Positions 17,431 through 29,070 are shown, counted from the stretch's first letter. The stretch is 64,000 nt of DNA from Oscillospiraceae bacterium (GCA_015069165.1 SVJD01000001.1:57485-121484); one strand, 5' to 3'. The notes: a model not told the origin generated them from the letters alone. Made by a program: numbers and translations.

Positions 17431-18603
17431 TTAGTTAAATATTGCAGGATCAAAATTAATAACGGTGTAATAAGTTTTTTCATTGAGCTCGGCAAGTTTG
17501 CTGTCAATTAATGTCTTAATTTCTTTATCTTTCTTACTCAAATCAAAAGGTAATTCTATATCAAAAATCAGATTTGTATGTCCGCTGCCGCAAACCATTC
17601 TGAAATCGTGTAAAGACAGTCTTTTGTCGAACTCTTTTATAGTGTTTAAAACTATTCCTTTGATTCTTTCAAGCTCGGAATCGCCTGTGGAAACAGGGTC
17701 ATAATGAATAACCGTGTGAACATTATAACTTTGAAAAATTTCACGTTCCAAATCATCAATCATATCATGGCAATCCATGGGATCCTCTTTTGCATCCATT
17801 TCTATGTGTAAACTTGCAAAACGCTGACCTGGACCGTAATCATGTACCATTAAATCATGATATCCCAAGACTTTGGGATTTGATTTAATTAGTTCTGCAA
17901 TAAGTTCTCGAAGTTCGGGACTTCCTGCTTCGCCGAGCAAAGGACTTATTGTTTCTTTTCCGAGCATTGCACCGCTGTAAAGAATGAAAACTGCCACCAA
18001 AAGACCGATTATTCCGTCGACGTGCCAACCGAAGAAAAATTGAAGTACAGATGCAATCAAAACGGCAAGTGTTGAAATAACATCATTACGGCTGTCAGAA
18101 GACGCCGCTTGTAATGTAGCTGAGTTTATCATTTTACTTAATTTACCATTAAATACCGATAACCAAAGCTTAACAAGTATGGATAATATCAATACAACTG
18201 CAACGGGAACAGAAAACAGAACCTCTGTAGGATTGATAATTTTCTCTATTGAAGTTTTTGCCAATTCAAAGCCGATTATAATTATTATCGCCGCAACGAA
18301 CAGTGCCGATAAATATTCAAAACGCGCATGACCGTACGGATGGTCTTCATCAGCAGGTTTTTCTGCAAGCTTGAAACCCAAAAATGTAATAACAGAACTC
18401 GAAGCATCGGATAAGTTGTTCATAGCATCTGCCGTTATGGATACAGAGCCGGAAAGCAGACCTATCGTGATTTTTCCTGCGAAAAGCAATAGATTGCACA
18501 ATATTCCCACAACGCCGGAAAGACGCCCGATTTGCGAGCGTACTTTCAGCGAAGAAAGGTTATTCTTTTCTTTAACAAATAAATTTAAAAGTAATTTTGT
18601 CAT
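17431..18603 (-). CDS. Cation diffusion facilitator family metal transporter
   Basis: The transmembrane domain carries the HxxxD-type motif DHPYGHARFEY, followed by a C-terminal cytoplasmic domain. Confidence 0.75.
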   Translation of the reverse strand: MTKLLLNLFVKEKNNLSSLKVRSQIGRLSGVVGILCNLLLFAGKITIGLLSGSVSITADAMNNLSDASSSVITFLGFKLAEKPADEDHPYGHARFEYLSALFVAAIIIIIGFELAKTSIEKIINPTEVLFSVPVAVVLILSILVKLWLSVFNGKLSKMINSATLQAASSDSRNDVISTLAVLIASVLQFFFGWHVDGIIGLLVAVFILYSGAMLGKETISPLLGEAGSPELRELIAELIKSNPKVLGYHDLMVHDYGPGQRFASLHIEMDAKEDPMDCHDMIDDLEREIFQSYNVHTVIHYDPVSTGDSELERIKGIVLNTIKEFDKRLSLHDFRMVCGSGHTNLIFDIELPFDLSKKDKEIKTLIDSKLAELNEKTYYTVINFDPAIFN

Positions 18604-18604
18604 A

Positions 18605-20458
18605 TTATTTATTATATTTAAATATTACACAACTGTACTTCTCAGGAAGAACAATTTTAAAATCAGCACCGTTTTCAAAAGTTTCCTTCGTGTCAAAATT
18701 GGTGAATTTGTATGTTCCTTCAAGCTCTTTGAGTGTAATTGATGCAGAATCATTCGGAGAGTCTTTTCTGCGGAATGCCATTACTATTCCTACGTCGTTT
18801 TTATTGTCATGATACTGCCAAATTACCCAAGCAGATTGGTCGAATTTGTCAGAACCGAAATTATGAAAATGGCAAAGGAAGTATTTACGAATTGATTTAT
18901 ACTCTTCTATAACGTTTGCAAGCCATTTAATTTCGTCGTCCGTAATGGTTTGAATTACAGTACCGAAAGCACTGAATCCCCAGCTTGCAGAATAAGTACT
19001 TCTTGCCGCATAAATATCCATTTTCTTCTTTGTTGAGCAGCCTGTTACAGGAAGGAATTTGGAAATATTAGTTTGGTGCGTATTAGTAACGTCCGGCTCG
19101 GGATTAAATATACACTGATAATCTGTACGGTAAAGATGCAAAGACCTCTTAACCATTTCAAAATCAAGACGTCTGCCGCCGCTTGCGCAGTTATCTATAT
19201 ACAAGTGAGGAAATTCTGCGAGCAATGCGTCGTACAACCTGTAAAGACCTGCAACGTGGTAAATTTCAGTAATTCCGCGTCTGCCCTCTTCGTCTTTAAT
19301 TTTCCAATCTACATCACAAGGCATATTAAAGTCTTGTCTGTAGCATGAAATATTGAATTCTCTGATTCTTGCACAAAGCAAATCAAACGCATACTGCCAA
19401 GCTTCTTCGTTTCCTAAATCAAGGAGCATATGTTTGTTACCGTTTTGTATGAAGTATTCGGGATGTTCTTTAAATATGGGAGTTACAGGTGTTGCGTGTT
19501 CTATTTCAAACCAAAGCAAGAAACCTGCACCTGCATCGTTAGCCGCTTTTACAACGTCACGGAATCTGTCGGGATGTATATCTTCTTTTACTTCCCAATC
19601 ACCAATTTCATCTGCCCAAGTTGTATCGAAATTATTCTGACTTGCGGCAAATTTTCCGTTCCAAGCTGCATCTACCCAATATTCTTCGAATTTTGCACCG
19701 TTTGCTTGATATCTTTTGATTCTGTTAACCATTTCCTCAGATGGCAAACTTCCCCACAAAAGCGTAGGCAAAAGTCCGGGATGGTCTTTTCCCTGAACCT
19801 TCGGGGTGTAATATTTAACCATTATGTCACGGAATTTATTATATTGGTCTTCCCCTGCTTCGTATTTCATTATAAGTATAGATGCAGTTCTAACCTTTTC
19901 ACCGGGTTTTAAGTAAAATTCCGCATTTCTGAGACCAGCTTTAAATCGAACACCCTCACCTTCACGAATAAATTCCGCCAACCAGCTACCTGTCCAGCCG
20001 ATTGCAACAATGTAGCCTGCCCCTTTGCAAGCAACTTCGAAATACGGCATGATTTCGTCGGAACTTCTGCCTTCGTTGTTGAAGTAGTGTTTCTTCATAC
20101 CGATATCAAAAAGATAATCAATATGTGTCGAAAATTCTTGAGCAGAGCGTTCATCGTCAAACGAATACCTTTCACCTTCCAAAAGTCCCTGCATCCACAT
20201 AATTTTCGGAGCTTCTTCTGTGATTCTGAGTGTTGGAGACTCTCTGTGATACTCCGGAAGCTCTAAAAGCATATCGCAGTCTTTGATTTCAGAAAGAATT
20301 TCACTGTTGGAGTAACCTGTATTTTCATACGTAATACTCCATTCTATTGCATCAAATTCTGAATACTCTTTCTTTGAAACTTCTGTTTTTATGGGGTTAT
20401 TTTTTACTTTGTTAAAATCTTCTCCGCCGTAAAGATACGAAAAAACCGGTTTAATCAT
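18605..20458 (-). CDS. GH36 alpha-galactosidase
   Basis: The active-site region reads YIDNCASGGRRLD, and the protein resembles GH36 along its length. The ORF was trimmed to the ATG that has an AGGAG ribosome-binding site. Confidence 0.65.
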   Translation of the reverse strand: MIKPVFSYLYGGEDFNKVKNNPIKTEVSKKEYSEFDAIEWSITYENTGYSNSEILSEIKDCDMLLELPEYHRESPTLRITEEAPKIMWMQGLLEGERYSFDDERSAQEFSTHIDYLFDIGMKKHYFNNEGRSSDEIMPYFEVACKGAGYIVAIGWTGSWLAEFIREGEGVRFKAGLRNAEFYLKPGEKVRTASILIMKYEAGEDQYNKFRDIMVKYYTPKVQGKDHPGLLPTLLWGSLPSEEMVNRIKRYQANGAKFEEYWVDAAWNGKFAASQNNFDTTWADEIGDWEVKEDIHPDRFRDVVKAANDAGAGFLLWFEIEHATPVTPIFKEHPEYFIQNGNKHMLLDLGNEEAWQYAFDLLCARIREFNISCYRQDFNMPCDVDWKIKDEEGRRGITEIYHVAGLYRLYDALLAEFPHLYIDNCASGGRRLDFEMVKRSLHLYRTDYQCIFNPEPDVTNTHQTNISKFLPVTGCSTKKKMDIYAARSTYSASWGFSAFGTVIQTITDDEIKWLANVIEEYKSIRKYFLCHFHNFGSDKFDQSAWVIWQYHDNKNDVGIVMAFRRKDSPNDSASITLKELEGTYKFTNFDTKETFENGADFKIVLPEKYSCVIFKYNK

Positions 20459-20476
20459 AAAAGTCACTCCTAAATT

Positions 20477-21385
20477 TTATTTTATTAATCCTGTAAATAC
20501 ATTACCAACCATCATAATTGAGAGCATACCCAATATGAATCCAATAAGCTGAGAAATCTTAAATTTTTCTTTGAACAATACCCATCCTACAAGACCTGAA
20601 AGGAATATTGCTCCGCCGTTAACTATCGGGAAGAAAATTGGTGCCGGCAAAGTACCGGAAAGGTTAAGATTAATTATATGCATAGTAACTGTAAAACATC
20701 CCGTTATGCAAGCTAATCCTATTTTCTTAAATCCCCAATCTGTAAATGATTGTTTAAACTCACCTTTTTTATGTTTGTTTAAAATAAGTTTACCTAAAAT
20801 GAGAATTGCAGATGTAAAGAATGCTATGCACAAAAATGCATAATTTTCATCAGGATATGCGGAATTTCTCTGTTCTTTTTGTGCTACACCTATGAGCCCT
20901 GCCAAAATAAATATTACAATACAGCAAATTACCCATTTACCCGTAATTTTGCCTTCTGAACCGCTTTTAGATAAAACCAGATAAATAGAAACTATCATAA
21001 TGGCAATTCCTATCCACTGGAGAGTGTGAATTTTATCATTTTCCGGCCATCTTATAGCACTGTAAACTGTAGGAATGAGCATTCCGCAACTGGAAATAAG
21101 TACCGTAAATGACATAGGACCTGTTTGAAAAGCTGTTGTCTTTACTAAAAATGTTGCACTGTTAATTACACCGAATATAATACCGAGAATAATTGTATAC
21201 AAGGACACGCTGTCTAATGTAAAAATACAAAACGGAACCAACACCAAGGCACAGCTTATAGACAAAAATAAATTAAAAATGTAATTGTCCGATGGTCCTA
21301 CAAGCTGCTTTTTAGCAAATTTGTTATTAAAAGAGCTGGCTGCCACATTAACAAAAACGGAAATGAGCATTAAAACATAATCCAT
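20477..21385 (-). CDS. DMT/EamA-like membrane permease
   Basis: The 302-aa protein has 10 transmembrane segments with a duplicated five-helix pattern. Confidence 0.45.
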   Translation of the reverse strand: MDYVLMLISVFVNVAASSFNNKFAKKQLVGPSDNYIFNLFLSISCALVLVPFCIFTLDSVSLYTIILGIIFGVINSATFLVKTTAFQTGPMSFTVLISSCGMLIPTVYSAIRWPENDKIHTLQWIGIAIMIVSIYLVLSKSGSEGKITGKWVICCIVIFILAGLIGVAQKEQRNSAYPDENYAFLCIAFFTSAILILGKLILNKHKKGEFKQSFTDWGFKKIGLACITGCFTVTMHIINLNLSGTLPAPIFFPIVNGGAIFLSGLVGWVLFKEKFKISQLIGFILGMLSIMMVGNVFTGLIK

Positions 21386-21549
21386 AAAAAAACATTACCA
21401 CTTTTCATAAATTAAATATTTTTTACACGTTTTTTCATTAAAAACAGACTGATATTATTACAATATATTCCTTTTGTCAAGAGTATAAAATGAATATATT
21501 GCAGGACTTTCGGACATACTGATTTTATTAATTTTTAGGAGGGAATTCT

Positions 21550-22584
21550 ATGAATTCAGAAAAAATTCGTGCAGTACAGTACGGTTGCGGCAAAATGAGT
21601 AAATACATTTTGCGTTACCTTTATGAAAAAGGTGTTGAAATTGTTGGTGCAATTGATATCAATCCCGATATTGTGGGAATGGATGTGGGCGAATATGCAG
21701 GGCTTGGTTTTAATTTAGGCGTAAAAATCAAAAGCGATGCCGATGAAGTTCTGGATTCATGCGATGCAGATATTGCGATTTTAACATTGTTTAGTTATAT
21801 GGAAGATATGTATCCGCATCTTGAAAAATGTGTTTCACGAGGAATTAATGTAATTACAACGTGTGAAGAGGCAATTTATCCGTGGACAACGGCTTCCGGA
21901 ATTACTAACAAAATTGACAGAATTGCCAAAGAAACAGGTTGCACAGTTGTAGGCTCCGGAATGCAAGATATATACTGGATTAATATGATTTCACTTGTTG
22001 CAGGCGGAGTTCAATCAATAAAAAAAATAGAAGGTGCAGTGAGTTATAATGTAGAAGATTATGGTTTAGCTCTTGCTCAAGCACACGGTGTAGGATTGAC
22101 ACCTGCTGAATTTGAAGAAAAAATTGCACACCCTGTTGTCCTTGAACCCAGTTATGTTTGGAATTCTAACGAATCATTATGTAATAAAATGGGCTGGACA
22201 ATTAAATCACAAACACAAAAATGTGTACCCTATTTTTATGACAAAGAATTATATTCTAAAACGTGTGGTTTTACCATAAAAAAAGGAGATTGCATAGGTA
22301 TGAGCGCCGTTGTTACAACACAAACGTATCAAGGTCCTGTAATTGAAACACAGTGTATAGGTAAAGTATACGGTCCCGATGACGGAGATATGTGTGAATG
22401 GAAAATAACAGGCGAACCAAATACTGAATTTTATGTTAAAAAGCCTGCTACCGTGGAACACACTTGTGCAACTATTGTAAACAGAATTCCCGATGTATTA
22501 ACTGCGCCAGCAGGTTTTATAACTGTTGATAAACTAAGCGAGGTACACCATCTTACGTACCCAATGCATTTTTACGTTGAATAA
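21550..22584 (+). CDS. DapB-N-like NAD(P)-binding dehydrogenase (2,4-diaminopentanoate dehydrogenase family-like)
   Basis: The N-terminal Rossmann motif is [12 protein letters not shown]...GAIDIN. An AGGAGGG ribosome-binding site is present. Confidence 0.4.
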   Translation: MNSEKIRAVQYGCGKMSKYILRYLYEKGVEIVGAIDINPDIVGMDVGEYAGLGFNLGVKIKSDADEVLDSCDADIAILTLFSYMEDMYPHLEKCVSRGINVITTCEEAIYPWTTASGITNKIDRIAKETGCTVVGSGMQDIYWINMISLVAGGVQSIKKIEGAVSYNVEDYGLALAQAHGVGLTPAEFEEKIAHPVVLEPSYVWNSNESLCNKMGWTIKSQTQKCVPYFYDKELYSKTCGFTIKKGDCIGMSAVVTTQTYQGPVIETQCIGKVYGPDDGDMCEWKITGEPNTEFYVKKPATVEHTCATIVNRIPDVLTAPAGFITVDKLSEVHHLTYPMHFYVE

Positions 22585-22587
22585 ATT

Positions 22588-22615
22588 AAAGAGCGGCTCA
22601 TGACCGCTCTTTACT
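22588..22615. terminator. Bidirectional terminator
   Basis: The sequence AAAGAGCGG-ctcatga-CCGCTCTTT forms a 9-bp stem between convergent genes. Confidence 0.6.
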
Positions 22616-22633
22616 ACTTAACTTCTAAATTTT

Positions 22634-24613
22634 TTAATAAGTATCGCAAACATCATGTATTTCCTTTAAAAAATATCCATTTGCTCCACTTCTTTGGCTC
22701 ATCCACTGCTTCATAGACTCGTTAACCGTAGATTGTGCCCAATAAGAATAATATGTTTCGTATATATTTTTACCCCACCTGTTAAAATGATATTGCATTT
22801 CTATCTCTATTAAAGCTTTTCTTTCAAGAAGCAAAGCATTAAGATGCTCCGGTGTCCAAAGCTGTGTTGCCAATTTTTCGCAGTAAGCAACAAACTTTTC
22901 TCTGAAACCATCATTTTTCAGACAGAAATTCAATAAACTTTGTGTATACAACGGGTCGTTATAAGTTCCCGCGTCAACATAAGGCAATCCGTTAGGATTA
23001 TAAAGTTTCGTCTTTTGTTCCTCAGTCAAGCAAGGCCACAAAAGATATCGTAAATTCTTTGCATCTGCTTTCGTGTAAAGCTCAGAAGGTGAATTCCAAG
23101 CTTCAGCGGCAACAGTGTAACGCGCCATACCTAAATCGGCATCACGAAGCATAAATTTGTATTTACCGTCGGAATACTTCCAAACTCTTACATTGTTGTG
23201 AGGCCAGTCGGTATTACATACAAAAACATTTATAGCACAATATTCAAGGAAATTATCCATATCAATATACTTTGAAGCTTGTTCAAATGTATATTTGCCT
23301 TCTTTAATTTCACTCAAAAGCTGAATGAATTTTTCAAGTTCGCCTTCCGGACCGCTATCTTGTTTGTAATAAAACCAAGAGCCGTTATATCTGTCATCAT
23401 CCTCTTGGGAATTAACCTCCGAAGAAATAACAGTGATGTTTTCTTTATCTTCAATACCGTAAACATTTGATATATAGTTATCATTTTCATGCTCACGCAT
23501 ATTCAAAATGCCGTAATATTCTCCGTTTAATATTACAATAACAGGTCTGTATTCCATATAATCCACATTTTTACTTGCACTGCCCGTAATTAAAGCTACC
23601 AAACCATCTCTTAACATGGAAGTTCTTATATTCTGTGTCGCTGTATGAAGTAACGAATCATTACCGCCGTTTCTGAGCACAAAGCTGTCATACTGAGAAA
23701 GCTCTGTACCGTCAGCTTTTAATCTTCCGGGAAATAATGCATATTTGAATTTACCAGCACCGTCATATCTGTTTACATTAAAATAAGATGATTTTCTTGC
23801 TGTGATTCTGAATGATTTTTGAAGCAAAGATCTGCTGCTGCCGCCAAAAATTCTGATACCTGCATCTTGTGATAATACACTTGTATCTTTTTCAATAAAT
23901 TCAAGGTGTACAGGTCTTTCCCAATATGAACCTCTTGCATTATAATTCGTAATAATCCCCTTATATTCATCATAAAGATTACTTGAATTAGTTATCAAAG
24001 ACACAACAGGAAGTGAAACATTTTCGCTGCGTTGAGATTTAATATAAGTAGCGGTTTCGATTTTTCCGATTAAATTATTATCGGAATCATAAACAGCCGC
24101 ACGTAAAATCGAAGTTGTAAATCGAGAATTAGAATCGTAAACGCTTGATGTAAAAGGAAGTTTAAGTTCTTTTTCATAACTTTGGCTATTAGAGGAAGGT
24201 TCTTCTTGATTAAATGATAATTTTATTGAATAATCAGTAATACCGCAAGTTTCCAATTTTTCTATATCACTTGCAGACAGAAAAACAGAAACAGACGGAT
24301 TTCCGATATAAAATCCGCCTTGTAATGAAAATATTGGTTTCACGTCTTTTAACAATTCAATATTTGACTCAGTGATTTGGGCAGCAGGAATTGATACTCC
24401 TAAGTTTTGTGGATTTTCGTCTTTATGAGACGGAAATTTATTATCACCATACTCGCCGTCATAATCAAAGTCTTCACTATTGTACTCTCCTGCAGGTTTT
24501 TCAGAAGATTTTGGAGGAAAATACTCAGAAAAATCACAGCCTGCAGAAAAACACAAGCACAACACTGAAATGATTATTAATATAAAAACACAACAATGTT
24601 TTATTAATTTCAT
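22634..24613 (-). CDS. CotH kinase-family lipoprotein
   Basis: A signal peptide is followed by a Cys. The CotH core motifs are IRIFGGSSRSLLQKSFRI and FVLRNGGND. Confidence 0.55.
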   Translation of the reverse strand: MKLIKHCCVFILIIISVLCLCFSAGCDFSEYFPPKSSEKPAGEYNSEDFDYDGEYGDNKFPSHKDENPQNLGVSIPAAQITESNIELLKDVKPIFSLQGGFYIGNPSVSVFLSASDIEKLETCGITDYSIKLSFNQEEPSSNSQSYEKELKLPFTSSVYDSNSRFTTSILRAAVYDSDNNLIGKIETATYIKSQRSENVSLPVVSLITNSSNLYDEYKGIITNYNARGSYWERPVHLEFIEKDTSVLSQDAGIRIFGGSSRSLLQKSFRITARKSSYFNVNRYDGAGKFKYALFPGRLKADGTELSQYDSFVLRNGGNDSLLHTATQNIRTSMLRDGLVALITGSASKNVDYMEYRPVIVILNGEYYGILNMREHENDNYISNVYGIEDKENITVISSEVNSQEDDDRYNGSWFYYKQDSGPEGELEKFIQLLSEIKEGKYTFEQASKYIDMDNFLEYCAINVFVCNTDWPHNNVRVWKYSDGKYKFMLRDADLGMARYTVAAEAWNSPSELYTKADAKNLRYLLWPCLTEEQKTKLYNPNGLPYVDAGTYNDPLYTQSLLNFCLKNDGFREKFVAYCEKLATQLWTPEHLNALLLERKALIEIEMQYHFNRWGKNIYETYYSYWAQSTVNESMKQWMSQRSGANGYFLKEIHDVCDTY

Positions 24614-24615
24614 TT

Positions 24616-26088
24616 TTACTCCTTTGTATCAAGGAAAAAAGCTTTTATATGCTCATAACCTTTGTGATATCTGTCAAATTTCTTATTGTAGAACTCAACA
24701 GCTGTCGGATTTGGCTTAAGCACTTTGCTGTAATGAACAAGTTTCTCACAAGCTTCGGAATAATTTGAAAAATATCCGTAACCTGTCGCTGCAAGTATTG
24801 CGGCACCGATACAACATGTATCTTTTTCAGCAGGAATATGAAGCTCGCAACCTGTCGCATCACAAGTAATTTGGCTCCACAAATCACTTTTTGCGGCACC
24901 GCCCACCATTTTAAGCTTTTTGATATCTGAACCGTGTGCGGCAAATTCATTTAATGTTTCACGTGTTTCAAAAGCAATACCTTCCATCAAAGCTCTCGCA
25001 AGATCATACTTGTCATGCATAAGCTCAAGACCCATGCAACAAGCTTTTACTGCGGGAATATGATGCGGGAATCCGGAACCTGCAAAATAAGGATAAAACA
25101 TAATGTTTTCTGCTGAATCCATACGGTCTGCAGCACCGTCATCAAGGATATTGTAATCTTCACCTGTTATATTCTTGTAGAATTTCAATGCAGAACCTGC
25201 ACTGTTTAATGAAGCTATATTTCCGTACAAACCTTCAACCGGATGTACACCGGGAGCTATATGGCTCTTAGTAAACAAGGGTGCTTCTGAAATACCTAAT
25301 ATTACCCAAGTTGTACCTGTCGAAAGAAGCATATCTCCGGGATTTACTGCTCCGCAACCGAGCGAAGCGCAATATTGGTCATGTGCGCCGTTGTAAACTT
25401 TAACGGTTTTGGGAAGCGAAAGCTCTGCCGCCGCTTCTTTTGTTAAAGTGCCTACAAACGCGCCTGTAGGTAAACACTCGGGAAGTCTGTCTCTTGTAAG
25501 ACCTGCTGCTTCAAGAAGAACATCGTTCCAATCTTTTGTTTCTACACTTATAAGCTGTCTCATTGCAGCGTTTGAAGGATCTGTAACATTTCTACCTGTA
25601 AGTTTGTAGTTTACGTATTCAACAGTAGACACAAAATTTGCCGCTTTGTTGAATATCTCAGGCTCATTTTCTGCCATCCAACGCATTTTCGGAGGGTCAA
25701 AACTCGGATCGCATCTCCAACCGGAAATATGGTAGATATCTTCACCGTATTTTTGACGTATTTCATCGTTTTCTTTGGTAGCTCTGCTGTCCATCCATGT
25801 ATATGCATCTGACAACGGTGTAAAGTTTTCATCAACGGGAAGTGTTGTACCTCCTTGAGTGGAAAGTGACATCGCAACGATATTTTTCTTATCAGGAATA
25901 GTTTTAACTGCTTCTTTTACGGAATAAACAACTGCTTTCCACCAATCATTAGCATCTTGCTCTACTTTACCGCCTTTGCCTGCTTTAAGCTCATATTCCA
26001 TATAGCCTTTACCGCAAAGTTTACCATTTTCATCCATTATTATTGTTTTTGTGCCGGTTGTGCCGACATCTGTTCCGACAAAATACAT
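24616..26088 (-). CDS. FGGY-family carbohydrate kinase (xylulokinase/gluconokinase-like)
   Basis: The start MYFVGTDVGTTGTK has a GGAGGG ribosome-binding site. FGGY N- and C-terminal domains are both present. Confidence 0.75.
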   Translation of the reverse strand: MYFVGTDVGTTGTKTIIMDENGKLCGKGYMEYELKAGKGGKVEQDANDWWKAVVYSVKEAVKTIPDKKNIVAMSLSTQGGTTLPVDENFTPLSDAYTWMDSRATKENDEIRQKYGEDIYHISGWRCDPSFDPPKMRWMAENEPEIFNKAANFVSTVEYVNYKLTGRNVTDPSNAAMRQLISVETKDWNDVLLEAAGLTRDRLPECLPTGAFVGTLTKEAAAELSLPKTVKVYNGAHDQYCASLGCGAVNPGDMLLSTGTTWVILGISEAPLFTKSHIAPGVHPVEGLYGNIASLNSAGSALKFYKNITGEDYNILDDGAADRMDSAENIMFYPYFAGSGFPHHIPAVKACCMGLELMHDKYDLARALMEGIAFETRETLNEFAAHGSDIKKLKMVGGAAKSDLWSQITCDATGCELHIPAEKDTCCIGAAILAATGYGYFSNYSEACEKLVHYSKVLKPNPTAVEFYNKKFDRYHKGYEHIKAFFLDTKE

Positions 26089-26117
26089 TTGACCCTCCAA
26101 ATAGCGTAAAATTTTAA

Positions 26118-27506
26118 TTAGATTTTATAAACTTTCATATTCAAAAGTTTACCGAAATGCATCATCTGCTCAGGTGTAACATCATAAACAAGCATACTGT
26201 GGTGTGTTGCACCGAATTCACTCAATTTTCTAAGGAAATCCTTAACAGGAACAGAAGGTTTCATCCAACCTCTGATTGTTCTCTTATATTGGTCGTAATC
26301 GTCCATATCGAGCATTTCAACATCGGATGCAACGAGGCAGAAACCTTCAGCATCACGGAAAATGTTGATATAAACTGCTTTTCCTGCTTTATATCTTGAG
26401 TAACCTGCCATAGGAAGTACAGAATCAACGTAGTTTGAACCTCTGAGACGTACTTCAGGTCTGTAAGCTGCAACACGATAGTTCATTTCACCCATATGGC
26501 TGAGGAAGAGAATGTTGTTCTTCCAGTCAGGACAGAAAATTTCTACGAATGATGCATCACCGAAAGCACGAATAAGAGCACCTGTAAATACAGCATCAAG
26601 AGCATCGCCCTCACCTGCATAACCGATACCTCTTGACATAGCTTTACAAGCTTCGATGAAAGGCATTGAGTCAATACCGTATGCAGGGCAAGCTTTCAAG
26701 AAGTTAACTGAGAACGCATCAAGATGCTCTTTTTCGATCCATTTACGAATTGAAAGACAAGCTCTTGTATTCATACGATAAACTTCATCGGAAATATCAA
26801 TCGGGAAATCGAAAATTTCTTTATCTGCTTCTATTTCTGCGTCAATTTCTTCGTCTGTGATTGACTGAGTAATCTGACGAGCCTCATCGTTGTTAGATAC
26901 GATAAATTCAACATCGAAGTTTTCTTTCATTTCCTCGGGAGTCACAATAAAGTCACCCATTCCGCTGAAGCTGCCGCCGAATACGCCGACTTTTGTGCCT
27001 TTTACGGAATTTGCAGCAACAGATGCTTTTACATAGTTAACTGTTTCTTTAACAACATCAGACTCTTTGTAGTGTCCGCAAGTAATAGCATATGTTTTTT
27101 TACCTCTGATAAGAAGATTGCAGAAATCCATTACGCCGTGGATACCGTGATTGTAGTCAATCTCATCGTTGATTGTTGTAGGAGCAAACTCGTAAGTCAT
27201 TGTTGTGTCCATTACAACGATAGGAAGCTTTGTGTTTATAAGAACATCTGCAGACTCAAGTGAAGGTGAGTATGCCATGTGAAGTGTTACAATACAATCA
27301 GCATTTTCTTTTTCGTAATTTTCAACTGCAGCCTTGAACTCTGACTCTAAACGACAGAAAGGTGTGCGCATTACTTCTAAACCTTCGTTTTCGAGAATTG
27401 TTGCCATTTCATCATAAAATGCTTCGAGTCTCGGACGAAGCTCACCGCAACTGTCATCATAAAGCTTGATGTAAAGCGGTAAAAAACCAATTTTTATCTT
27501 TTTCAT
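26118..27506 (-). CDS. L-arabinose/L-fucose isomerase family protein
   Basis: The N-terminus MKKIKIGFLPLYIKLYDD is characteristic of the AraA-like family. Confidence 0.5.
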   Translation of the reverse strand: MKKIKIGFLPLYIKLYDDSCGELRPRLEAFYDEMATILENEGLEVMRTPFCRLESEFKAAVENYEKENADCIVTLHMAYSPSLESADVLINTKLPIVVMDTTMTYEFAPTTINDEIDYNHGIHGVMDFCNLLIRGKKTYAITCGHYKESDVVKETVNYVKASVAANSVKGTKVGVFGGSFSGMGDFIVTPEEMKENFDVEFIVSNNDEARQITQSITDEEIDAEIEADKEIFDFPIDISDEVYRMNTRACLSIRKWIEKEHLDAFSVNFLKACPAYGIDSMPFIEACKAMSRGIGYAGEGDALDAVFTGALIRAFGDASFVEIFCPDWKNNILFLSHMGEMNYRVAAYRPEVRLRGSNYVDSVLPMAGYSRYKAGKAVYINIFRDAEGFCLVASDVEMLDMDDYDQYKRTIRGWMKPSVPVKDFLRKLSEFGATHHSMLVYDVTPEQMMHFGKLLNMKVYKI

Positions 27507-27525
27507 AAATTAACCTCCGTTGATA

Positions 27526-28548
27526 TTAAAAGCTTATATTAAAAAGTTTTGCGGCATTGTTGCACATAATATCTTCAACATCTTGTTTTGATAATTTAAG
27601 TGCTTCTGCTGCTCTCTTGAAGGCCAAGAGTTCCTCATACATGAAGCATGTAATGTCTTCTCTGTCAGTTTCACGCATGTGTACATCGCCGGAAACATCA
27701 CCGTAAAGACCTCTGGGAACATTGTTATAATAAACGCCGTTTTCGAAAGTACGGAACATTTTCATCTTTAATATCGGCAAATCAGAACCGAACATAAAGC
27801 GCTTTGGTCCTACTGTTTCGAGACATTTAATCATAGCATAGTCGTAGGTATTTGCAGTAAAGTCAAACATCATATTCTTTGTATTTTTCAATACTTCAAA
27901 TGCATTACCCAAATCCTCAGGTGTATACGCTCTGCCAACGTGTGCAACTATAAGCTTTACATTAGGATATTTCTCTTCTATTTCCAAAAGCTGTGCAAGA
28001 TTCAAAGGATCGCGAAGTCTTGCAGGTCTTGAAATATGAAGCATAACGATCCACCCCTTGCGATTAGCAAGCTCCAAATGTTCCGGTGTTAAAAAGTCGA
28101 ATATACGAATTTCACCTGCCGGAATATAGTCGGGTGAATTATTCTGATATGGTTTTAATCCGCAAAAACCGCCCTGCTCTACTTCTTTTTCAAGAAATTC
28201 CGCAGTCATAGAGTGATGTGTGCAATAGAAAGCAGGAAGATTATATTTCTTTGCAGCTTCACTTGTATATTTGTTGTTTTGTGCAAGGTCACACTGAGGC
28301 TCGCCCATCAAAACTGCTTTTACGGTTTTTCCCGGAAACATATCTTTATATGTTTGGAAAAGATCCTCAACAGTATTGTATTCTGCAACCATACTGGTCC
28401 AAGAAACACAAGCTTTTGCATCGCTCTTTTTAATACATTCTTTGGGCCATATATGTATATGACAGTCAATCATTTTCTCAGGTAAAAAATCCTTGAGTTG
28501 TTCCTCATAAATTTTCTTGTCATAAGCTGACATTTCATATCCGAACAT
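27526..28548 (-). CDS. Amidohydrolase-2 family metal-dependent hydrolase (TIM barrel)
   Basis: The metal-binding signature is IDCHIHIW. Confidence 0.6.
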   Translation of the reverse strand: MFGYEMSAYDKKIYEEQLKDFLPEKMIDCHIHIWPKECIKKSDAKACVSWTSMVAEYNTVEDLFQTYKDMFPGKTVKAVLMGEPQCDLAQNNKYTSEAAKKYNLPAFYCTHHSMTAEFLEKEVEQGGFCGLKPYQNNSPDYIPAGEIRIFDFLTPEHLELANRKGWIVMLHISRPARLRDPLNLAQLLEIEEKYPNVKLIVAHVGRAYTPEDLGNAFEVLKNTKNMMFDFTANTYDYAMIKCLETVGPKRFMFGSDLPILKMKMFRTFENGVYYNNVPRGLYGDVSGDVHMRETDREDITCFMYEELLAFKRAAEALKLSKQDVEDIMCNNAAKLFNISF

Positions 28549-28560
28549 TTTAATTCTCCT

Positions 28561-29055
28561 TTATTCGCCGATAATCATAACTTGAACAGTACGCTGTCTT
28601 GCTCTTGTCTGGTCAAAATCAATAAAATGAATGTGTCCGAATTCACCAAGATCAAGCTCTCCGTCAATAAGAACGATTGTTTCGCTTCTGCCGATAATAG
28701 ATGAACGCAAGTGAGCATCAGTATTGTGGCAACCTCTCGCATCTTCATCATGTTCTTCTGCAAATTTCAATGCCTTCGGTCCGGGATGCAAATAGATACC
28801 TTCATGTTTGCAAACAGGAATAATATCATCCATAATGTTTACCAAATCTTGTTGAAGTGTTTCCAAACCTGTTATTGATTCATCAAAAGCACACTCTTGT
28901 GTAATTACACAGCAAGTTGTGTGGTGTGAATATACAACAACGATACCGTTCTTAATGCCTGAACGCTCTACAACTTCTCTTGTGCCTGCTGTAACATCAT
29001 GGAAAGAACACATCTTATCATTTGACTGAACTTTGAACGCTTCTCTGTATACCAT
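28561..29055 (-). CDS. YjbQ/UPF0047 family protein
   Basis: The motif HHTTCCVITQE is conserved, and a paralogue lies at 29813. Confidence 0.65.
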   Translation of the reverse strand: MVYREAFKVQSNDKMCSFHDVTAGTREVVERSGIKNGIVVVYSHHTTCCVITQECAFDESITGLETLQQDLVNIMDDIIPVCKHEGIYLHPGPKALKFAEEHDEDARGCHNTDAHLRSSIIGRSETIVLIDGELDLGEFGHIHFIDFDQTRARQRTVQVMIIGE

Positions 29056-29070
29056 ATCAAAATTACTCCT